64,000 bases of DNA from Malacoraja senta (lineage: Eukaryota), in assembly GCA_038087875.1 (NCBI GenBank), contig CM075990.1:310001-374000 (forward strand). Reading direction: 5' to 3'. Below are positions 37,482 through 51,358 of the stretch, piece by piece. The notes below the pieces were generated by a model, which saw only the letters and a program-made list of their open reading frames with translations, was not told the DNA's origin and did not search any database. The position numbers and the translations under genes are program-made. Numbering within the stretch: position 1 is the first letter of the stretch; each line of letters begins with the position of its first letter.

Positions 37482-38452
37482 AATTCAGGAACTGCAGATG
37501 CTGGTTTACATAAAAGACCCAAAGTGCTGCAGTAATGAATTTCAGCATTTCTGGAGAACAATAATAAGTGACATTTTGGGTCAGGACCCTTTTTCAGACA
37601 AATTGTGGTGGAGGGATTGAGAAAGCTGGAAGAGAAGAGGGACAAGACAAAGCTTGGAGAGTGATAGGTGGATTCAGGTGAGGGGGGGTTTTGACAGGCA
37701 GATGTTTGGACAAAGCACGGAGATGAGTAGACAAACGGTGTGAGATAAGGATAGAAACGGTCCAAAGCGTGAAGCCAGAGGAAGGGGAAGTGGAAGGGGA
37801 AGGGGCAGGATTGAAATGGATGTGAGTCCAGAAGGGGCACAGGGAAGAGTGGGCGAGGGGAGAGTGTGAAAGTGGAAAAAAGGGGTTGTTTGCAGGTTGG
37901 TTACCTAAAATTGGGGAATTCAAATTTCATACTGTTAGGTTGGAAGCTACCCGAACAGAAGATGATGTGCTGTTGCTCCATTTTGCGTATGGTCTCACCC
38001 TGGCAATGGGGGATGCCTAGGACAGGAATGTCATTATGGAAATGGGCAGGAGAGTTAAAATGGTTAGGTCACGGGAGATTCAGCATACAGATACAAATCA
38101 ATGGACCCAACCACAAGGGATTCGGCAAAACAATCGGCGAGTCTAGGCTTGGTCTCACCGATATAAAGGAAGCCACTTTGAGAACACCAAATGCAGCAGA
38201 TGAGGTTAGAAGAGGTGCATGTGAACCTCTGTGCTATCTGTAGGGACTGCTGGTTTCCCGAGATTGATGTGAGGTACAGGGACAGGTGTTACATCTCCTG
38301 CTGTTGCAGGGGAAAGTCGTTGGGGAGGGAGGGATTTGTGTGGGAACGGATCAGTGAACCAAGGAGTTGAAGATGAAAAGGTCTCTTCAGAAGGCGGAAA
38401 AGAGTGGGGATGGGTACACGTGACTGGTGGTGGGATTTTGCCCAAAGATTGC
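37482..38452 (-). mobile_element. Penelope-like element 3' fragment with decayed GIY-YIG endonuclease
   Basis: Minus strand gives CTSSNLICCIWCSQSGFLYIGETKPRLAD and IIFCSGSFQPNSMKFEF, followed by the terminal repeat. Confidence 0.85.
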
Positions 38453-38919
38453 TGCATTTGTATTCCACTTGTTTCCCTCCACACTTCAAGTAGTTAGTGA
38501 TTTATTAAAATACACATACTCATATTTTGTTGTGTTGTGCTTCAATGGACAATTATTTGTCTAATTTGTACATTGATTGATTCCCTGCTGTCATTTGTTG
38601 CCTTCCTCCCCAATACTGACCATCATTCCAACAAATAATTTTGTTTCATCTGCAAGTTTAGATGCTCCATTTTGATTCCAGTGTCCAAATAAATGTGATG
38701 AACAACAGTGGTCCAGCACTAATCCTTGCAGAACATGACTGTGGATCTTCTCCCACTATTTATACTTGTTCTTTACCTCCACTCTTCTTTCTATCCTGAA
38801 GCAAACTAGGGATCCATTTTGCTGCTTATTCCCTGACTCTTCTCTGATATTATGGAGCATTTTATCAATGGTCATTATAAATCTGAATAAGTTACCTTTG
38901 CTTACCTACACAGTTTACT

Positions 38920-39610
38920 TATGGTCATTGAGTTATATAGTGTGGAAACAGGTCCTTCAGCCCAACTTGCCCAATATGTCCCAACAACACGAGTCCCACC
39001 TGCCCGCGTTTGGTCCATATCCCTCCAAACCTGTCCGATCCATTTAAAAAAAAACTGTTTCTTAAATGTAGGGATAGTCCCAGCCTCAACTACCCTCCCT
39101 GGCAGCTCATTCCATATGCCCACCACCCTTTTGTGTGAAAAAGTTACAACTCAGATTCCTATTAAATCTTTTCCCTTTCAGCTTAAACCTATGTCCTCTG
39201 GTTCTTGTTTCACCTACTCTGGGCAAGAGACTCTGTGCATCTACCCAATCTATTCCTCTCATGATTTTATACACCTCTATAAGATCATCCCTCATCCTCC
39301 TGAACTCCAAGGAATAGAGTTCCAGCCTATTCAACCTCTCCCTATAGCTCAGACCCTCTAGTCCTGGCAATATCGTTGTAAATCTTCTCTGCACCCTTTC
39401 CACTTGACAACATCTTTCCTCTAGCATGGTGCTCAGAACTGAACACAATACTCTAAATGCCTTATACAACTACTCTAAACACCTAATACCGACGCCTTAT
39501 ACAACTGCAAAATGACATCCCACCTTCTATACTCAACACTCTGACCGATGAAGGCCAATGTGCCGAAAGCCTTTTTGACCACCCAATGTACCTGTGACTT
39601 CACCTTCAAT
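38920..39610 (-). mobile_element. CR1 LINE 3' fragment
   Basis: ERVQRRFT..LPGLEGLSYRERL..L.LYSLE.RR.R.DLIEVYKI. Confidence 0.9.
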
Positions 39611-39825
39611 AAGAACTTCTCAATAAGATTTGGTAAACAAGGTTTCCCATTTTAAAATCCGTATAGTATTATATCTGATTCTGATGAGTTTTTTTTTATT
39701 TTCTCGTTAGCATTTGTTTCTACAAATTTTTACCCATTAATAATAAAATGATTGGTTGATAATTCCAAGAATATATTTTTTGCCCCTTCTAAAACATAGA
39801 ATATTATGTTAGCTATCTCTTTCAT

Positions 39826-40072
39826 TTAGTTTTTAGTTTAGAGATACAGCGTGGAAACAGGCCCTTCGGCCCACCGGGTCCGCACTGACCAGCGATCCCT
39901 GCACATTAACACTATCCTACACCACTAGGGACAATTTTTACATTTTTACAGGTCCCGGGAAGAAGGGACAAACTCCATACAGACAGCACCCGTAGTCGGG
40001 ATCGAACCTGGGTCTCCGGCGTTGCATTCGCTGTAAGGCAGCAACTCTACCGCTGCGCCATCGTGACCGCCC
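39826..40072 (-). mobile_element. tRNA-derived HE1/V-SINE-type SINE
   Basis: A box tggcgcagcgg, B box ggttcgatccc, CR1-like tail ending in (TAAAC)n. Confidence 0.85.
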
Positions 40073-40555
40073 TAGACTTGGATAAACACGGTCATCAAAC
40101 AAATGAACAAGTTTGTGTCCCAATCCTTCTGTTGTTGCTTATTTGCGATGAGAGCTAGAATTCTGATGGGAATTCTGTCTAATACCAGATGATAAGTGGC
40201 CGTTCTAAGGAATGCACTAGCACAAATGTACCCCTGAGAGGATGGACATTATCAAGGTGCTAAGGAAACAGAAATATCAGCAGACTTTTTTCTCTTATCA
40301 GTCAAAATCCTTCTCTCTGTTGTGGCAACACACTTGCCCAAGATAACAGAAGATTTTATTTACACAATATGAGTGATCATATTTACCAAATATAAAGGAT
40401 AGAAGCTTGAGTTGGCCATGGAGCCTTACAGTGTGGAAAGAGGCCCTTCCACATATTATGTCCATGCCGACCATCACCGCTGACTGGAGCACGCAACAAA
40501 AGCTTTTCACTGTACTTCTATACATGTGACAATAAACTAAACTGAAACTGAAACT

Positions 40556-41112
40556 GAACAGTGTGGAACCACCAAGTCCGTGCCGACCAACGATCACCCA
40601 TACACTAGTTCTGTCCCACACATTGTGAATCGTCCCCAGTGCATAGGATAGAACTGCCACACTTTCCCACAAAGACACACAGGCCAGCAGCCCAGCCAGC
40701 CACAAATTGAGCGATCCTCCGCCGCACCAAAGCGCCCGAGACCCGAAACCCACCCCGCGACCGGCCACAATCCCCCCATCTCCTCCCTCTGGGAACACCG
40801 GCACAACAGCTCCACCCCACGTGGGCAATACCAGCGTGCAGGATGTAACCAGAGCACCCGGAGCAACTGGAGGAAACCCATGTGGCTACAGGGAGCAGAG
40901 GCCAGGATCGATCCCTGTCCTCTGCAGCATGAGGCAGTGGCTCCATCAGCGACCCACAGGAGTCAAATAAACCACAAACCTGCACGTCTCTGCATCGCTC
41001 AATCCGAATACCTGGAGGAAACCCACGCTGCCACCTGGAGCACCCGAGGTCAGGATCAAACTCGGGTCTCTGGCACCGTAAGGAAGCAACTCTACCGCAG
41101 CACCACTGTGCC
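40556..41112 (-). mobile_element. SINE with about 340 bp of extra internal sequence
   Basis: tRNA-like head at 41040-41112, tail at 40556-40620, non-matching GC-rich middle. Confidence 0.6.
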
Positions 41113-41229
41113 ATTCCAAGTGTACTTTACTGTTTATTGTGTAGCGTATGTTTATCGGCTATTTTCCCAATAGTACTCTACATATTAACCCACTTATTCG
41201 GTTGTAGTGGACAATCGGCAATAGTGGAC

Positions 41230-41273
41230 ACCATATCTCCCTGTGTGGTCCGTTATTGCGAGGGTTGACTGTA
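41230..41273 (-). mobile_element. Single Tc1-mariner/pogo-type terminus
   Basis: Minus strand TA|CAGTCAACCCTCGCAATAACGGACC; partner TIR not found. Confidence 0.4.
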
Positions 41274-41589
41274 TACTCATTATATTTGTCAGTACTTGGC
41301 CTGCAGCCTTTATCATTAACCCTTCATTTTCTTCATATCCATGTGACTATCTAAAACCATCTGAAATGCCTCTGCTACCCCCATAGCATCACATTCCAGG
41401 CACCAACCACTCTCTGTGTAAAACAAAAAACTTGCCCCAGCATCTCCTTTAATTGTCCCTCTGACCTTAATCATTCGTTAATACTTCTCTCATTGGTGCA
41501 CAAGCTCTTCGGATCCAATTTTATCCATTTGGAGTACAACAAAAATAATTTTAAATCTTATTTCCGTGTCAGGTCATCAAAGTGAATGC

Positions 41590-42012
41590 AAGGTGGTGCA
41601 ACGGTAGAGTTGCTACCGTACAGCGCCAGAGCCCCTGGTCCCTGGTTTGATTTTGACCACGGGTGCTGTCTGTACATTTCGTACGTTCTCCCTGTGACCT
41701 GCGTGGGTTTTCTCAGAGATCTTCAGTTTTCTCCCACACTCCAAAGATATACAGGTTTGTAGGTTCTGAAGAAGGGTTTCGGCCCGAAACGTTGCCTATT
41801 TCCTTCGCTCCATAGATGCTGCTGCACCCGCTGAGTTTCTCCAGCATTTTTGTGTACCTCAGGTTTGTAGGTTCATTGGCTTGGTATAAATGTAAGTTGT
41901 CCTTGGTGTGTAGATAGTGTTAGTGTGCAGGGATTACTGGTCGGTGCGGACTCGGTGGGCTGAAGGGCCTGTTTCCGCGCTGTATCTCTAAACTAAACTA
42001 AACGAAACTAAT
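41590..42012 (+). mobile_element. HE1/V-SINE-type SINE with a nested Penelope terminal fragment (41766-41860)
   Basis: SINE head, core and tail; aggtttgtaggttc duplicated either side of the insert. Confidence 0.85.
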
Positions 42013-43149
42013 CAGCCAATTATGTAAAGGCCAGTTAGGTGTAACATGAATTGGATAGTTAATTAAGTGTTCTGATGTAGGCTTGAGAGTCTGTTATGTA
42101 GTTCTTCAAAAACACACCTAGTCACACCCATTTTACACTGGACATCAATTCTGGAGATGCTCTGTAATCTCGCACTAGGAATCAAGATTGTGACAGAGTT
42201 CTGAAACGTTTTTTTATACAGACAAGCTCTTCCATTTAGTTTAGTTTGGAGATTTACTTTAGTTTAGAGATAGAGCATGGAAACAGGCCCTTCGAGTCCG
42301 CGCCGACCAGCGATCCCCGAACACTAACACACTCCAGGGACAACTTACAATTCTATCAAAGCCAATTAACCTACAAACCTATACGTCTTTGGAGTGTGGG
42401 AGAAAACCTGAGATTCCGGAGAAAACCCAGCAACTGCAGTTTCTTCCGACACACCGGGCATTATTTAATGTTATCCTCAGTTAACGACAAAAACACACAT
42501 AAAACTCGCACCCTGTGGAGCTGCTGAGCATAAACAGAGGTCAATTTTGATTAATTTCAAAGCAATTGCAAAATACTGAAATGAACGCAACTGAGAGGAG
42601 ATTAGAAGCATGCATTGGTGTTCAGAGCACTTAGATACTCTGCTGTCACCCTGCACTTTATTTCAATTGTAACCTCTCTTTGCACTCACAAACACCAGTT
42701 ATTCATGCAGGGAAGATATGTTTATCTGGTCAACTCAGTGCATCTTAAATACCTAATGATTCCATTATATGAATAAATAAAATGTTTACTTATTTGCACC
42801 ACATGTCATTTTAGGAATGGAGGTTCAAAAATGTACAGTATAGCATTTGTTTGTATTTATTTATGGGGCTGGGCATCATGGGCAAGGCTAGCATTTATTG
42901 CTCACATGTATGAAGGAACTGCAGATGCTGGTTTAAACCGAAGATAGACGCAAAATGCTAGAGTAACTCTGCGGGACACGCAGCATCTCTGGAGAGAAGG
43001 AATGGGTGGCGTTTCAGGGTCGAGACCTTTCTTCAGATCTCTTGTTATAATTGAGAAGTATCACTGCAGACCTTCTCGCGTAGGGTTGTGTAGGAAGTTC
43101 CCCAAAATGGAGGAATTTGGATTTGCTGGGTTTGCAAGAAGCGAGATTG

Positions 43150-43330
43150 TTACTCACACCCCCACCAGCATTAATGGTTCCAAAGTGGGGATAGTGGAGG
43201 GATGGGCTAAGTTCCTAGACATAAATATCACCAAAAATTTGTGCTGGAACACGCACATTGAAGCTATGGCCAAGAAAGCATGCCGAAGCCTCAATGTTTT
43301 CAGAAGAAATAGAAAGTTTGGTATGTCTTG
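43150..43330 (+). mobile_element. Rex1-like LINE fragment
   Basis: KFL.INIT.NL.W..H.....KKA...L..FRR.RKFGMS. Confidence 0.65.
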
Positions 43331-43779
43331 GACGTGCTGCCGAGAACAAAGCGTGGGGGGATGGGGGGGCATCGAGAAACCTTAGGGGGCCCAGCGTGGG
43401 GGAACCACCAAGAGCATGGGGGACTAAATGGAATACTTTATAACTTTGTCAGCACCCTATATGTGACAACTCTTTGCAAAAAAAAGAATCTCACTGTGAC
43501 ATGTCACATGTGACAATAACGTATCAATCATTCATTCATACTCTGGCACCATCCTTCTTCTCGCTTATCCAGGGTTGATATTGTAAGGTGCTTTACTGCT
43601 GATGCATACCCACTTACTATTTCAATGTTGGAAAAATGGTATCTAGATTGTTCAGCGCAGGATCCCACAAAAACTCATTTCCAAGATAATATGCTCTTGA
43701 GGTGATATGGGGGAATAACCATTATCCAAATCATGATTTTTTTCTAAACAGTGTATTGAATGTTGAGAATTGAGTATAG

Positions 43780-44240
43780 GGTATAGAGTATTGAGTGTAG
43801 ACATTGGGAGGAATTTTGCAGTTGTACAAGACGTTGGTGAGACCACATTTAGAATATTGTGTTCAGTTCTGGGCACCATGTTATAGGAATGATGTTGTCA
43901 AGCTGGAAAGGGCACTGAGATGATTTAAGAGGATGTTGCCAGGACTAGAGGGTGTGAGCTATAGGGAGAGATTGAGTAGGCTGAGACATTATTCCCTGGA
44001 ATGCAGGAGGATGAGGTGTGATCTTATAGAGGTGTATAAAATCATGAGAGGAATAGATCGGGTAGATGCACAGAGTCTCTTGCCTAGAGTAGTTGAATCA
44101 AGGACCAGAGGACATACAGTAGGTTTAAGATGAAGGGATAAAGATTTAATAGGAGGGGTACATTTTTCACACAAAGGGTGGTGGGTGTATGGAACAAGCT
44201 GCTAGAGGCTGGTGTTTCCACACTGCATAACTATGACTCT
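43780..44240 (+). mobile_element. CR1 LINE 3' fragment
   Basis: [27 protein letters not shown]. Confidence 0.9.
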
Positions 44241-44619
44241 AGTGCAATGGCAACTTTCATTTGAGAGGGGACACAGGATATTCACAAATCACCTCACCTG
44301 CACTATAGCCTTTACCTTGCATTCCCTTACCTTTTCATGTGTCTATGCACCGTAAATGGCTCAATTGTATTCATGTATTGTCTTTCTGCTGACTGGATAG
44401 CACACAACAAAAGCTTTTCACTGTACCTCGGTACACATGACAACAAACGAAACTGTAACTGAAACTGGTAAACTTTTTCCACAGATGGTTCCATCTACAA
44501 AAATGAGGGTGTGCTGGGATTAACTGCTACCCTGCTGTAACGGGGTAATCCTCGTGGTTATGTGGCATTGTACAAAAACTATGAACTATGAAATACACAG
44601 AAAATTGGAAATCTGATGT

Positions 44620-45702
44620 TAGAAACATAGAAACATAGAAATTAGGTGCAGGAGTAGGCCATTCGGCCCTTCGAGCCTGCACCGCCATTCAATATGATCA
44701 TGGCTGATCATCCAACTCAGTATCCCGTACCTGCCTTCTCTCCATACCCTCTGATCCCTTTAGCCACAAGGGCCACATCTAACTCCCTCTTAAATATAGC
44801 CAATGAACTGGCCTCGACTACCCTCTGTGGCAGAGAGTTCCAGAGATTCACCACTCTCTGTGTGAAAAAAGTTCTTCTCATCTCGGTTTTAAAGGATTTC
44901 CCCCTTATCCTTAAGCTGTGACCCCTTGTCCTGGACTTCCCCAACATCGGGAGCAATCTTCCTGCATCTAGCCTGTCCAACCCCTTAAGAATTTTGTAAG
45001 TTTCTATAAGATCCCCTCTCAATCTCCTAAATTCTAGAGAGTATAAACCAAGTCTATCCAGTCTTTCTTCATAAGACATTCCTGACATCCCAGGAATCCG
45101 TCTGGTGAACCTTCTCTGCACTCCCTCTATGGCAATAATGTCCTTCCTCAGATTTGGAGACCAAAACTGTACGCAATACTCCAGGTGTGGTCTCACTAAG
45201 ACCCTGTACAACTGCAGTAGAACCTCCCTGCTCCTATACTCAAATCCTTTTGCTATGAAAGCTAACATACCATTCGCTTTCTTCACTGCCTGCTGCACCT
45301 GCATGCCTACTTTCAATGACTGGTGTACCATGACACCCAGGTCTCGCTGCATCTCCCCTTTTCCTAGTCGGCCACCATTTAGATAATAGTCTGCTTTCCT
45401 GTTTTTGCCACCAAAATGGATAACCTCACATTTATCCACATTATACTGCATCTGCCAAACATTTGCCCACTCACCCAGCCTATCCAAGTCACCTTGCAGT
45501 CTCCTAGCATCCTCCTCACAGCTAACACTGCCCCCCAGCTTAGTGTCATCTGCAAACTTGGAGATATTGCCTTCAATTCCCTCATCCAGATCATTAATAT
45601 ATATTGTAAATAGCTGGGGTCCCAGCACTGAGCCTTGCGGCACCCCACTAGTCACTGCCTGCCATTGTGAAAAGGACCCGTTTACTCCTACTCTTTGCTT
45701 CC
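44620..45702 (-). mobile_element. Young 5'-truncated CR1 LINE with uninterrupted ORF2 C-terminus
   Basis: Open ORF 44717-45700 with [25 protein letters not shown]; (TTTCTATG)n tail at 44620-44642. Confidence 0.95.
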
Positions 45703-46239
45703 ATGTTGTGGCCATTTTGGAGGGGAACTATGATGTGGCCATCACGGAGACTTGGTTGCAAGGAGGACAGGACGGACAGTTCAACATTTCACGGTTTTGA
45801 TGTTTCAGATGTGATAGAGAGGGAGGTAAAAGAGGTGGAGGAATTGCTTTACTCATCAGAAAGAATGTCATGGCAGCGTTCAGAGAGGATGTGGGTTCGT
45901 CTTTTGAGGTGACAATGGTAGAGCTAAAAAATAAGAACATAGAACAGACTCGATGGGCTGCTCCTATGTCTTATGAACATATGAACTTGAGGGGTTGAGC
46001 TATAGGAAGGGGGTTGGGCAGGGTATGACTTTATTCCTTGGAGTGCAGGAACCTGAGGGGTGATCTGATAATGATGTTTAATCATCAGGGGAATGCAAAG
46101 AGTCTTTTACCCAGAGTAGGGGAATCAAGAACCAGAGAACATAGGGTTAAGGTGAGATGGGGAAAGGTTAATAGCAAACCTGAGGGGCAACGTTTTCACT
46201 TTAAGTTTGTTAGATATATGGAATGAGCTGCCAGTGTTG

Positions 46240-47705
46240 TGTTTCTCCCGTTCCCCACCATTCTTTTCTTATCCCCCTTCCACCCAGGTAGAATGCGGAA
46301 AGAGTTCCCTGGTCCTTAACTTTCACCCCACCAGCGTCCACATCCAACACAACATTGTTCAACATTTTCACAAACTTCAACATGATCCCACCGCTAGTCA
46401 CATCTCCCCTTCCCTGCCCTTATTGTTTTCCGCAGGAATCTCTCATTGCCTTTGTTTACTCAGCCCTCTTCATTCATCTCTCTCTCTCCACAGGCACTAT
46501 CACCTTCAATCACTGGAGATGCAAACCTGACCCTTCACCTCTTCCCTTACCTTCATTCAGAGACCTAAACAGCCATTCTAGGTGAGACAGGCACACTTAA
46601 TGTCATAAGGTCATAAGTGATAGGAGCAGAATCAGGCCATTTTGGCCCATCAATACTACTCTGCCGTTCAATCATGGCTGATCCAATGTTCCTTCCTAAC
46701 CCCATTCTCCTGCCTTCTCCCCATAATCCCTGACACCCGTACTAATCAAGAATCAATCTATCTCTGTCTTAAAAATGTTCATTGACTTCGCCTCCACTAC
46801 CTTCCGTGGCAAGGAATTCCACAGATTCAACACCCTCTGACTCACTTCTCGGTGAGACCATGTGCAGCCTAGGTGACCACGTCACTGAACACCAGGACCA
46901 GCTGGGACTGCCAGTTGCAACTCATTTCAGTTTTCCTTTCCATTCCCACTCTGACCTCTCTATCGTCAACCACTTCTATTTCTAGTGTGGGGTCACACAC
47001 AAATCAAATGATCAAAACCTCACATTCCACTTCAGTAGCCTATGAACCAATGGCATGAACATTGAAAGCTTCAATTTAAGGTAAACCTTCAACCAAGCCT
47101 TCTTTCTCATCTCACCAGGTCCTCTCACACATGTTTCTTTCCAACCGCCCTGTCCCGTGTTACCCAGTTCCTTTCCCTAATCCACTTCCACCTTCTGCTC
47201 ATCACACATCAATTTTTCTTCGGGCCCCACATTCATCCACACCCCTTGTTCATATCTAACCACCATCACTCCCTTTGGTTCTTCCCCCACCTCCCTATTT
47301 GATGAGATCCTAGCATCTGCATTCTTTTGCCTTTAGCCATTTATCATGTCCAGCCTTTATGATTATCTCCACCCTTTTCCCTACTTGAATCATCTGCCAG
47401 TCAAATCTCCTTACCTAGATAGACACAACATGCTGGAGTAACAGCGGGACAGGCAGCTTCTCTGGATAGAGGGAATGGGTGACATTTCGGGTCGAGACCT
47501 GGATCTCTTTGGATGTCTCATTTGCACTCATTACCCTTGCTTATCTCTGTGTCTCCCTATCCCCTGACTCTCAGTCTGAAGAATGGTCTTGAGCCAAAAC
47601 ATCACCCATTCCTTCTCTCCAGAGATGCTGCCTGTCCCGCTGAGTTACTCCAGCTTTTTGTGTCTATCTTCGGTGTAAATCAGCATCTGCAGTTCTGTCC
47701 TTCAC
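46240..47705 (+). mobile_element. Penelope-like element 3' fragment with nested CR1 tail (about 46600-46845)
   Basis: LVLNFHPTSVHIQ, GET....GD...EH, LPVATHF remnants; palindromic terminal repeat 47418-47705. Confidence 0.75.
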
Positions 47706-48861
47706 ATCTGGATCTCTGTGCTCTTTTGCCTTATGTTGTTCATATTCTAGTACAGAATACTCAAACATAATCCGCAATGCATCGGATGTTGACTACCGAG
47801 CTGCTCAGCTGATAAACTGAAGTGTTAAGCTCCACAAGCCTGTTAGCTTAAGGGGAAAGTAAAATATTGAATGCAGAATGTTTTGTAAAATGCAATTAAT
47901 GGTGATTACGTGGAAAATTGAAAGGAAATAGTTATGGCAAGCTAATCCCAGAGGTGAACTAAACCATGTACTTGAGAAATTGTTTTGACACAAGTACTTC
48001 TGCAGATGAAAGTGAAAACTGTTTCCACTCCAACTTCCTTGTTTACCGAGAGAAAGAAACAAAACCCTTGCTGTGAGAATCACGCAACAAATAAAGAACT
48101 TCAAAGTAAAGAAAACCGATTATGTCGGTGCCATTATGAAAACTCCGGAGATTCAAGCAAGCAATGCTAAAATTGAAGGTGTGTAGGAAGGAATTGCAGA
48201 TGCTGGTTTAAACTGAAGATAAGCACAAAGTGCTGGAATAACCTTGTGGGACAGGCAACATCTCTGGATACAAGGAATGGGTGACTTTTCGGGCAAGACC
48301 ATTCGTTTTCACACCTTACCCACCCTTATCTCTGTCTTCCTCTCCCCTGACTCTCAGTCTGAAGAAGGGTCTCTACCCGAAACTTCACCCATTCTATCCA
48401 TCCAGAGATGCTGCCTGTCTCTCTGAGTTACTTCAGTTATGTGTAGGATGGAACTGAAGTAACTGGGCATTTTGTGTCTGTCTATCCACTGGAAGCTTGA
48501 ACAGATTATCTTTATTCCAGACATATTGCAGACTTGGGGCTCGATGCCAGACTGAAGTAATTTGGTTTTCCCATTTGAACCAGAAATAGCTGATCTACTC
48601 TCAGGTTGTCCAAGTGTAGAGTGAACTCCGGTTTCTTCACTCCACACACACCACCTCATCTGCCAGGCATTTACAGCAATCCCACTTTCGTGTCAGGTTT
48701 AAGCAACAGCTCTGACCTGCATTTCATATCTCTACATGTCACTCTATCCCATTCTCAAAATCCCCGCATTAGTTGATCATCCAAACAGCTTTGTAAACAG
48801 TGTAGTCAGGTGGCAGAACACACCTCCCCCGTCAGAGATGTTCCCTTTATCCTGTCCACAC

Positions 48862-49266
48862 CAAAGATCCTATAGCAAGCAAGATAGATCACTCGACGAA
48901 AAAGTCATAGTATGGTCATGGGCAGATTCATGGGTAATTTTCGGCCCCATTTCCGTAACCGGCTTCCGTCTCTGCACCAAAGATCCCATTGCGGAGCAAA
49001 GATAACTAGTGCAGAGACGGAAGCCGGTTACGGAAACATCCTCATAAAAATAAAAGTTCTTTGGTAAAAATCTTCTCCTCATTTTCAGAATTATAATTTA
49101 TTAACACAAACTGTTCCCCCGCAACGTTGATTACACTGCAAGTCAAGTCGGGTCGGGTCACTGAAATGGATGAAAAACAGGCCCACGTTCCGCTCCATTG
49201 CGTACTACACGTCAGCCCATTGCATTTAGCAGGAGTGGTCTATCTTGCTCCGCTATAGGATCTTTG
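48862..49266. mobile_element. MITE with 8-bp TSD (P-like or hAT-like)
   Basis: TIR caaagatcctatagc..gcaagataga.cactc and its complement; GTCCACAC at 48854-48861 and 49267-49274. Confidence 0.88.
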
Positions 49267-50534
49267 GTCCACACCCTCCATCCCAATGAAAAGGCTTTGG
49301 TCTGGAATGTTAACACTTTGATAGGGAGGTAGTTTAGTTTATTGTCACATGCCCTGAGGTACAGCGAAAAGCCTTTGCTGCATGCTATCCAGGAAGCAGA
49401 AAGACAATACATGATTACAATTGAGCCATTTACAGTGTATAGATACATGATAATGAAATAGCATTTAGTGCAAGGTAAAGTCATCAAAGTCAGACCAAGG
49501 ATAGTCCGAGGGTCACCAAAGAGTTAGATAGTTGTTCAGCACTGCTCTCTGGTTGTGGTTGCTGGACCTGTTGAGATTTTCCAGCATGCCTTGTCATACC
49601 GTCACGTTTGCTTAAATTAAATCAAACTTAAAGCACGTTTCATTGTTATTTCCTTTCCCCGATAACAAAGTGCGAGGAAGGAATCCAGCAAAATGAGCTT
49701 GCCGGAGGAACAGATGGTTTTACAGTGAAGAGAGTTACGGGGGGTGTATTGATTTCTGAAGCAATTGAGTGGTTTAGCAGGAAGATAACACCTCGAGCAT
49801 TCTCATGTGCAGAATGAATTGTGCAATGAAAACTTGGGAAGAACTGAGCCAAGAAGATGCAATCAACAGTATCCAATTATGAATGACAAGTTTTGACATT
49901 TCCTTCAATGATAATGGTCAGCTCTCTCCCCCGACCCTCAATATTACTGAATCGCTCACTTTTAATATTTCAACCACTATCTTTGATTCCGAAGTTTGAG
50001 TCAACCAGGCCAATCAAACTGCAGGCAGGTCATAGCTTCTGCACTCAATATCTCTTTATCGCCACAGGGCACTAGTCAAGAATGTGTCAGAGAATTCTTC
50101 ACTTACCTGGATGTATACATCAACATACAAGAACCTTGCTCTATTCAAGTCAAATCAACCCACTTGTTTAACGCTGGTAGTTGCTTGAACTGAAGTTTCC
50201 ACCCACAACATACTTTGACTGTTATTATGACTTGCTATTGAGGGAGTGCAGCATAGGTTTATGAGGTTAATTCCTGGGACAGCTGGACTGTCATATGTTG
50301 AAAGAATGGAGCGACTGGGCTTAGCTATATTATTAAAAGTCTGATCTTGACCGCTTTTGGCCCACTGTGCTGTGATTTCCGAGAGAACACCGCCACCTAT
50401 GGCCGTCGTTTTTGGCCACCTCGCTCAGAGATCCCCTCCGCCTTCCTGGACCAGAGGATTTTTCTCATCGTTGAAAAATCAGAGATATATTAATGTTTTT
50501 TTTTTAATTGCCATTCTCTTCGCTGCCCCCGCTG

Positions 50535-50661
50535 GCGGCAGGGGGGAGGGACTATAAATCCCGGAAGTGTCGTGCCTCAGTCTCTGCCAGCCCCAGGAAG
50601 TGAGAGGGTCTGCTCTCTGAGCTGCAAATAACACTGAACGCATGTCTAATCCACGGTGAGT
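50535..50661 (+). promoter_or_regulatory. Predicted Pol II promoter and first exon in copy E
   Basis: G-rich box, TATAAAT 50553, ETS-type CCGGAAGT 50561, Inr A at 50579, ACG|GTGAGT 50656. Confidence 0.5.
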
Positions 50662-50674
50662 CCCCCTCGATGTG

Positions 50675-51358
50675 GCTGTAAAGTGGCTGCTGCCAAATGT
50701 TTGCCTTTTTTTTAAAGATTGTTTTCAGAAAATGGATTGGTTGTCAAGTGGCTGCTGCCAAATTGTTTGCCTCGCCTTTTAAAAAGTTTGTGTTCACAAA
50801 ATGAATTTTGGTTGTCAAGTGGCTGCTGCCAAATTGTTTGCCTCGCCTTTTAAAAAGTTTGTGTTCACAAAATGAATTTTGGTTGTCAAGTGGCTGCTGC
50901 CAAATTGTTTGCCTGGCCTTGGTTTTTTTTAAGTTTTTTGTTCACAAATGGATTGGTTGTAAAGTGGCTGCTGCCAAATGGTTAGCCTTGCCTTGGTTTT
51001 TAAAAAGTTTGTGTTCACAAAATGGATTGGTTGTAAAGTGGCTGCTGCCAAATTGTTTGCCTCACCTTTTAAAAAGTTTGTGTTCAGAAAATGGATTGGT
51101 TGTAAAGTGGCTGCTGCCAAATTGTTTGCCTTGCATTTTAAAAAGTTTGTGTTCACAAAATGGATTGGTTGTAAAGTCACTGCTGCCAAATTGTTTGCCT
51201 TGCCATGTAAAAAGTTTGTGTTCACAAAATGGATTGGTTGTAAAGTGGCTGCTGCCAAGTTGTTTGCCTTGCCTTGGTTTTAAAAAGTTTGTGTTCACAA
51301 AATGGATTGATTGTAAAGTGGCTGCTGCAAAATTGTTTGCCTTGCCTTAGTTTTTAAA
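50675..51358. repeat. 69-74-bp tandem array, about 10 units
   Basis: GTTGTAAAGTGGCTGCTGCCAAATTGTTTGCC...TTTTAAAAAGTTTGTGTTCACAAAATGGATTG. Confidence 0.95.

Noticed and set aside
39990..40072. tRNA gene
   Set aside because: A/B boxes belong to a SINE head followed by SINE core and tail; same for the other copies
48006..48178. Exon-like segment on plus
   Set aside because: Stops in all three frames; the apparent donor is the edge of a Penelope remnant
50100..50190. Consensus CAG|GTAAGT donor on minus
   Set aside because: Weak acceptor and closed frames; an isolated motif is expected by chance
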